Assembly: GCA_964016885.1 (NCBI GenBank)
Contig: OZ024742.1
Coordinates: 127,844,001 to 127,908,000 of the forward strand
Origin: Eledone cirrhosa
Lineage: Eukaryota
Length of the DNA: 64,000 nucleotides
Reading direction: 5' to 3'
In this document: piece by piece, positions 63,201 to 64,000 of the stretch
How the letters are laid out: each line of letters begins with the position of its first letter
Numbering within the stretch: the first letter of the stretch is position 1
The notes under the pieces: generated by a model
Database searches by the model: none
Seen by the model: the letters and a program-made list of their open reading frames with translations, nothing else
Told to the model about the DNA's origin: nothing
Position numbers and translations under genes: made by a program

Positions 63201-63533
63201 AATCTAGTGAACTTGTGATTAGTGACCATAAAACCAGAGTTATTAAATAACCCTATATTACTGTTATATTAAATTAATATATTTCTATGTTTTAATAGCT
63301 TGGTATAGTTTTATTCTGATTATGGGACTCCTCTTTCCTTTTTTTCATCATTTTTTTCTTCATTTTTTAATTGTATTCTTTTACCTTTTTCTTATGCTAG
63401 TTTCAGCCATTGGGCTGAAGAAATACTGCGTTATTTTATTACTTTATAATAATATTTTAATTTGTTTTAACAGCTATTCGCAAATGTAAAAATAGATTGA
63501 AAGTTTTGGATAATAACCGTGCAAGAAATTTAG
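1391..63533 (+). CDS. Multi-exon formin gene (GBD/DID-DD, coiled coil, short FH1, FH2 start), FMNL-related, probably MWHF (multiple-wing-hairs-like) subtype; 3' end lies outside the window
   Basis: 17 exons joined with canonical GT-AG sites and matching phases: 1391-1607, 40489-41018, 42161-42196, 43357-43544, 44070-44223, 48797-48847, 49529-49627, 50220-50369, 51418-51534, 52407-52547, 54180-54206, 55127-55171, 56386-56454, 59933-60077, 61256-61386, 62335-62443, 63474-63533 (2269 nt, open frame). FH3 motifs DDEHDCLLCIK, GEPMRYKLL, VACMRFINNML..NHRVFLQ; FH2 motifs LPVLNWLPL, TIFEELNDD..IDFSDFENKF, VLDNNRARNL. Confidence 0.9.
1995..3116. repeat. 18-bp minisatellite (CACATTGACTGATGTGTT)n with interspersed 19-bp variants
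   Basis: About 60 tandem units; source of the NTSVNV/CEHISQ/TDVFTL ORFs. Confidence 0.97.
3618..4624 (-). mobile_element. Non-autonomous Helitron
   Basis: Minus strand 5' A|TCTATATATATAAAACTG at 4624; 3' hairpin CCCG-AGCAACGC-CGGG then CTAG|T at 3618; inserted in an AT dinucleotide, no TSD; internal ~93-bp x3 tandem repeat (3890-4165). Confidence 0.8.
4697..4935 (-). mobile_element. CRE-clade (RLE-type) non-LTR retrotransposon 3' fragment
   Basis: Minus strand translates VAYETFGGIGPLTAKFLSLLAGRL..WLF.RLRL.ITRGNAASVL, the CRE C-terminal signature. Confidence 0.75.
5380..5636 (+). mobile_element. CRE-clade retrotransposon 3' fragment (inverted partner of 4697-4935)
   Basis: FQPV..LTAKFLSLLAARLTEVSGDDHEGAWLFQRLRLAITRGNAASILVA* plus a 3' UTR shared with the left copy. 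Confidence 0.78.
6128..6608 (-). mobile_element. Non-autonomous Helitron (second family)
   Basis: Minus strand 5' A|TCTAAACTATAATAAAGC at 6608; 3' hairpin ACCACCC-GAG-GGGTGGT and CTAG|T at 6128. Confidence 0.7.
7741..8285 (-). mobile_element. Probable non-autonomous retroposon ending in a (GAA)n tail
   Basis: GC-richer island bounded by (TTC)n at 7741-7762; family not recognised with certainty. Confidence 0.4.
9280..10960 (-). mobile_element. Degenerate CRE-clade LINE (RT plus restriction-like endonuclease), interrupted by an RTE insertion
   Basis: Minus strand: RT-like 'FNV*HLNDAMICGP..IGLEIN' (~10700-10830); RLE 'RKPDGITIFP..LI*DAT' (~9610-9675); C-terminus 'KLSKYQSL..EPIVVET..WLFQCVSLVIIWGN..SIL'. 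Confidence 0.75.
10196..10540 (+). mobile_element. RTE-clade LINE 3' fragment with (GAA)n tail
   Basis: EIRESLQVEPLLLQIERSQLRYSGHVVRM...RRPRGR..RWLD; same family at 38985-39330, 46590-46890, 61815-62190. Confidence 0.85.
11969..12168. repeat. (CA)n microsatellite
   Basis: Direct observation. Confidence 0.97.
12275..13930. repeat. 33-bp minisatellite (AATAATGAAGTAATGCTTTTTACCTCAACCTAT)n, about 50 near-identical copies
   Basis: Direct observation; source of the MLFTSTYNNEV ORFs. Confidence 0.98.
15525..15795 (+). mobile_element. SINE 3' part with (GAT)n tail
   Basis: Shares the GGAAGGGCATCCAGCTGTAGAAATCAAGCCAG core with the full-length copies at 24030-24380 and 53690-54031. Confidence 0.75.
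15925..16348. mobile_element. Fold-back/MITE-like palindrome interrupted by a SINE (16001-16190, minus strand, ~20-bp TSD)
   Basis: Arms 15925-15995 and 16272-16348 are inverted; central hairpin TACTTCAAGATGGTAACAAGC..GCTTGTTACCATCTTGAAGTA; TSD ATATACTTACTTCAAATAAT at 15981-16000 and 16191-16210. Confidence 0.7.
17985..18330 (-). mobile_element. RTE-type LINE 3' fragment (degenerate)
   Basis: LQKGRHSQERLQKLYKDSVKESLK..QDRSLWRSLV..KRKKEKRK..CLHYPRLFKVKIALTSLLHAH, an RTE C-terminus with a degenerate zinc finger. Confidence 0.75.
18816..19590. repeat. Left arm (unique part) of a long inverted repeat
   Basis: Reverse complement of 30633-31406; identical 61-aa ORFs at 19068-19253(-) and 30969-31154(+). 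Confidence 0.95.
19589..23961. repeat. 21-bp satellite (GTGTAGAAACAGTTATTTTAG-type)n, about 4.4 kb, with higher-order block duplications
   Basis: Direct observation; diagnostic variants recur at ~0.7-1.3-kb spacing. Confidence 0.98.
24030..24380 (-). mobile_element. Full-length tRNA-derived SINE with (GAT)n tail
   Basis: Minus strand head GGAGGCACATGGCTTAGTGG...GAGTTCAATTC; near-identical copy at 53690-54031. Confidence 0.85.
24577..24868 (+). repeat. ~290-bp module, direct copy of 26200-26512
   Basis: TTTTCTGAAGGTGGAATTGTGTAACGTG...CTTCAGCCATTCTGAT shared. Confidence 0.92.
24982..25183 (+). mobile_element. piggyBac-type MITE (TTAA TSD), degenerate
   Basis: TTAA|CCCTTTAG...TAAAGGA|TTAA; same family as 31870-32085. 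Confidence 0.7.
26200..27044. repeat. Nested fold-back module (two interleaved inverted repeats)
   Basis: 26295-26512 is inverted at 26658-26869; 26511-26597 is inverted at 26952-27043. Confidence 0.92.
29425..29458 (+). CDS. Candidate alternative first coding exon (MEAVSVFLAKR + phase 1)
   Basis: catcATGG start, upstream in-frame stop, acceptor ttcattcag at 29340, donor G|GTAAAT at 29459; phase matches exon 2. Confidence 0.35.
30275..31406. repeat. Right arm of the long inverted repeat (short inverted 21-bp array 30275-30633 plus unique 30633-31406)
   Basis: Reverse complement of the left arm starting at 18816. Confidence 0.95.
31870..32085 (+). mobile_element. piggyBac-type MITE
   Basis: TTAA TSD, TIR CCCTTTAGCATTTA; a partial copy lies at ~29957-30150. 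Confidence 0.8.
32370..32850 (+). mobile_element. Degenerate RTE-type LINE fragment
   Basis: ..MLNGSETWAFNIKDLQRLETNELSMLCWMCNV.. motif. Confidence 0.7.
33262..33445 (-). mobile_element. 5'-truncated LINE (RTE-like) terminus encoding two C2H2 zinc fingers
   Basis: CQACGRECKSAGGLKRHAKVH..CRLCARHFRSLAGLKSHIRS*; no flanking splice context, embedded in microsatellite. Confidence 0.65.
33460..33637 (-). mobile_element. 5'-truncated retroposon with (ATGT)n tail
   Basis: Near-identical to 37670-37852. Confidence 0.75.
34675..34699 (+). CDS. Candidate alternative first coding exon (MKPIGFCL + phase 1)
   Basis: agacATGA start, consensus donor A|GTAAGT at 34700, phase matches exon 2; TCAGT initiator-like motifs upstream (~34487, ~34646). 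Confidence 0.4.
34880..35330. repeat. Degenerate (TATG)n microsatellite
   Basis: Direct observation. Confidence 0.9.
35415..35747. repeat. 21-bp minisatellite (TACTATACTGTTGTAGTAATA)n with 8-bp expansions
   Basis: Direct observation. Confidence 0.93.
35957..36390 (+). mobile_element. tRNA-derived SINE followed by a ~90-bp x3 tandem of body sequence
   Basis: TGGCTGATTGG and GGTTCAATCCC boxes; TGTAATGCTGAATCTCCCTGAGAATTACATTAAG repeated three times. Confidence 0.65.
37670..38030 (-). mobile_element. Non-autonomous RTE-derived (bipartite) retroposon with (ATGT)n tail
   Basis: Minus strand carries an RTE-5'-like TCTAGGAGAAGGAAAACTCTGA motif joined to the 3' end shared with 33460-33637. Confidence 0.6.
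38985..39330 (+). mobile_element. RTE LINE 3' fragment
   Basis: MVRMSQERIAGQILWAKPTGKRPRGRRRARWLD, (GAA) tail. Confidence 0.82.
39404..39597 (+). mobile_element. piggyBac-type MITE
   Basis: TTAA|CCCTTTAGCATTTA...TAAATGCTAAAGGG|TTAA. Confidence 0.85.
40489..41018 (+). CDS. Formin exon 2 (Ser-rich region, DLQETETD...SLFQWVV)
   Basis: tattttag acceptor, long open frame (ORF 40467-41150), GTG|GTAAGT donor. Confidence 0.88.
42161..42196 (+). CDS. Formin exon 3 (DTLSQLDNEDQE), 36-nt microexon
   Basis: cttatttcag acceptor, GAG|GTAATT donor, phase 0-0. Confidence 0.8.
43075..43310. repeat. ~42-bp minisatellite, about 5 copies
   Basis: TTCTATCAAACCATTTCTGCTGTTATATAGTATA.. repeated just upstream of exon 4. 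Confidence 0.9.
43357..43544 (+). CDS. Formin exon 4 (TFHRSTVPLYIECLKK...KLKNELRMADE)
   Basis: tcttttttag acceptor, GA|GTAAGT donor, phase 0-2. Confidence 0.9.
44070..44223 (+). CDS. Formin exon 5 (FVIEYIDKPNRGMILMVHLLQDIQ...YQQQL)
   Basis: ctgttgcag acceptor, CTG|GTATGT donor; corresponds to the FMNL 'WVxEFLxxxNxGLxxL' DID segment. Confidence 0.92.
44360..44912 (+). mobile_element. Cluster of tRNA-derived SINEs (GAGTTCAAATC...GCCTTTCATCCTTACGGGGTCGATAAAATAAAGTACCAG family)
   Basis: B box plus a conserved central domain; more than a dozen copies across the window (e.g. 25450, 41905, 45825, 48415, 50820, 54848, 57010, 63025). Confidence 0.85.
46590..46890 (-). mobile_element. RTE LINE 3' fragment
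   Basis: ORF 46613-46837 RRPRGRPQARCLD.. with (GAA) tail. Confidence 0.82.
48415..48761. mobile_element. Tail-to-tail inverted SINE pair
   Basis: + copy 48415-48550, - copy 48561-48745 with 16-bp TSD GAAACAATTAATTAAT (48545-48560, 48746-48761). Confidence 0.85.
48797..48847 (+). CDS. Formin exon 6 (DDEHDCLLCIKYMLRFK)
   Basis: tttttag acceptor, AAG|GTGAGT donor; DID helix. Confidence 0.92.
49529..49627 (+). CDS. Formin exon 7 (AAIHKFLDIRHSLETVAHTLVNGISKTKLAALQ)
   Basis: ctctacag acceptor, CAG|GTAAAT donor. Confidence 0.92.
49813..50002 (-). mobile_element. piggyBac-type MITE
   Basis: TTAA TSD and CCCTTTAGCATTTA TIRs. Confidence 0.85.
50220..50369 (+). CDS. Formin exon 8 (IFTACLSEVEGLNRVLDAF...GEPMRYKLL...LTFQ)
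   Basis: tttttacag acceptor, CAG|GTCTGT donor; FH3 start. Confidence 0.92.
51418..51534 (+). CDS. Formin exon 9 (VACMRFINNMLNATTTLNHRVFLQHQLLSAGLDIDFLEK)
   Basis: cctctacag acceptor, AAA|GTACGT donor; FH3 hallmark motif. Confidence 0.93.
52407..52547 (+). CDS. Formin exon 10 (QETDGNGCE...ESRNSILRRE), dimerization domain
   Basis: ttttatag acceptor, GAG|GTAAAA donor, open frame. Confidence 0.88.
53690..54031 (-). mobile_element. Full-length tRNA-derived SINE with (GAT)n tail
   Basis: Near-identical to 24030-24380. Confidence 0.85.
54180..54206 (+). CDS. Formin exon 11 (VDILQAKMK), 27-nt microexon
   Basis: attttacag acceptor, AAA|GTAAGT donor, phase 0-0, continues the coiled coil. Confidence 0.82.
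54542..54760 (+). mobile_element. piggyBac-type MITE
   Basis: TTAA TSD and TIRs. Confidence 0.82.
55127..55171 (+). CDS. Formin exon 12 (DIQKAFDSSKNNLSQ)
   Basis: cttacag acceptor, CAG|GTAAAC donor. Confidence 0.82.
55400..55990 (-). mobile_element. Hero/NeSL-type (RLE) non-LTR retrotransposon 3' fragment
   Basis: Minus strand GKSAKYAELVEEW*NNWWHARYEPIEMG..F.G..L and ..WIQRE.., resembling the 'KxxKYxxL..GW....PIEVG.RGF' RLE C-terminus. Confidence 0.65.
56386..56454 (+). CDS. Formin exon 13 (ASKKTEDYQERVFELQEKMEELM), coiled coil
   Basis: ttttttccag acceptor, ATG|GTGAGT donor. Confidence 0.87.
57255..59040. repeat. 21-bp minisatellite (TAGTTACTAGTACATAAGTTA)n, about 85 copies
   Basis: Direct observation; source of the 610- and 617-aa repeat ORFs. 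Confidence 0.98.
59405..59740. mobile_element. Tc1/mariner (Tigger-like) MITE in a (TA)n tract
   Basis: TA|CAGTTGTCCCCTGG ... CCAGGGGTACACTG|TA. Confidence 0.72.
59933..60077 (+). CDS. Formin exon 14 (QLYEEKTG...SAVSNFVP)
   Basis: aatcctag acceptor, G|GTAATT donor, phase 0-1. Confidence 0.85.
61256..61386 (+). CDS. Formin exon 15: short FH1 (APPPAPP) and FH2 lasso (LPVLNWLPL...TIFE)
   Basis: tgtttcag acceptor, GAA|GTAAGT donor; FH2 N-terminal Trp motif. Confidence 0.93.
61815..62190 (-). mobile_element. RTE LINE 3' fragment
   Basis: ORF 61829-62056, same family as 10196-10540. Confidence 0.82.
62335..62443 (+). CDS. Formin exon 16 (ELNDDAIYQEIDFSDFENKF...RSFK), FH2
   Basis: attttag acceptor, C|GTAAGT donor. 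Confidence 0.92.
62522..62620. mobile_element. ~100-bp Tc1/mariner MITE (hairpin)
   Basis: TA|CAGGGTGTCC...ACACACTT / AAGTGTGT...GGATACCCTG|TA. Confidence 0.75.
63474..63533 (+). CDS. Formin exon 17 (IRKCKNRLKVLDNNRARNL), FH2
   Basis: ttttaacag acceptor, G|GTATGT donor; matches the formin 'LLDxxRAxNLxI' motif. Confidence 0.92.
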
Positions 63534-64000
63534 GTATGTTATTTCTATATTTTTATGTCAATTTTACAATTTCAGTCTTTTTAAGTTACAATTTATTAGA
63601 AAGTTTATTAGAAAGATAGATATTTTGTTTGATAGCTGCCAAATCTTACTAAAATAACAACACACTGTCTTAAAAAAAAATAGAAAACACATCATCAGTA
63701 TTACTTTATGTCTTCTTTCCATGCCGGTATTGATTAAGTGACCCATCACACTCCACATCAGTTCATGTTTAGAGTTACTGCCCTCCTATAGAGGTCAGAA
63801 GACCACATCTTGCTTGTACATTTCATTTGGAGTGGTTTTGACAGTTGGAAGCCCTATATAACACTAACTGCTTTATAGAATGTACTAGCTACATTTTATC
63901 TTAGCACCAACACTAGAGAGGTTGTCATAACTTTGGCAGAATTAGTTCTAGATACATTAATTATGTAGTTCTAGATACATAATATCTGCAAATAAGATGA

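Overview
This is eukaryotic, AT-rich, microsatellite- and SINE-dense DNA. The repeat landscape suggests an octopus/coleoid cephalopod (inference). The window holds the 5' part of one large + strand formin gene. I reconstructed 17 coding exons by hand (1391-63533), all with GT-AG boundaries and consistent phases, giving about 756 aa: Ser-rich N-terminus, divergent GBD/DID-DD (FH3), coiled coil, a very short FH1 and the start of FH2. The gene continues past the window end and looks like the FMNL-related 'multiple wing hairs' (MWHF) subtype. Its ~38.9-kb first intron is the unusual part. It contains a 12.6-kb inverted-repeat structure (~98% identical ~0.8-kb arms continuing into asymmetric 21-bp satellite arrays) that encloses a nested fold-back module and a candidate alternative start exon. 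It also holds a second candidate start exon, two non-autonomous Helitrons, an inverted pair of CRE-LINE 3' ends, nested CRE/RTE LINE remnants and several satellites. Almost all ORFs in the supplied track are artefacts of repeats or LINE fragments.
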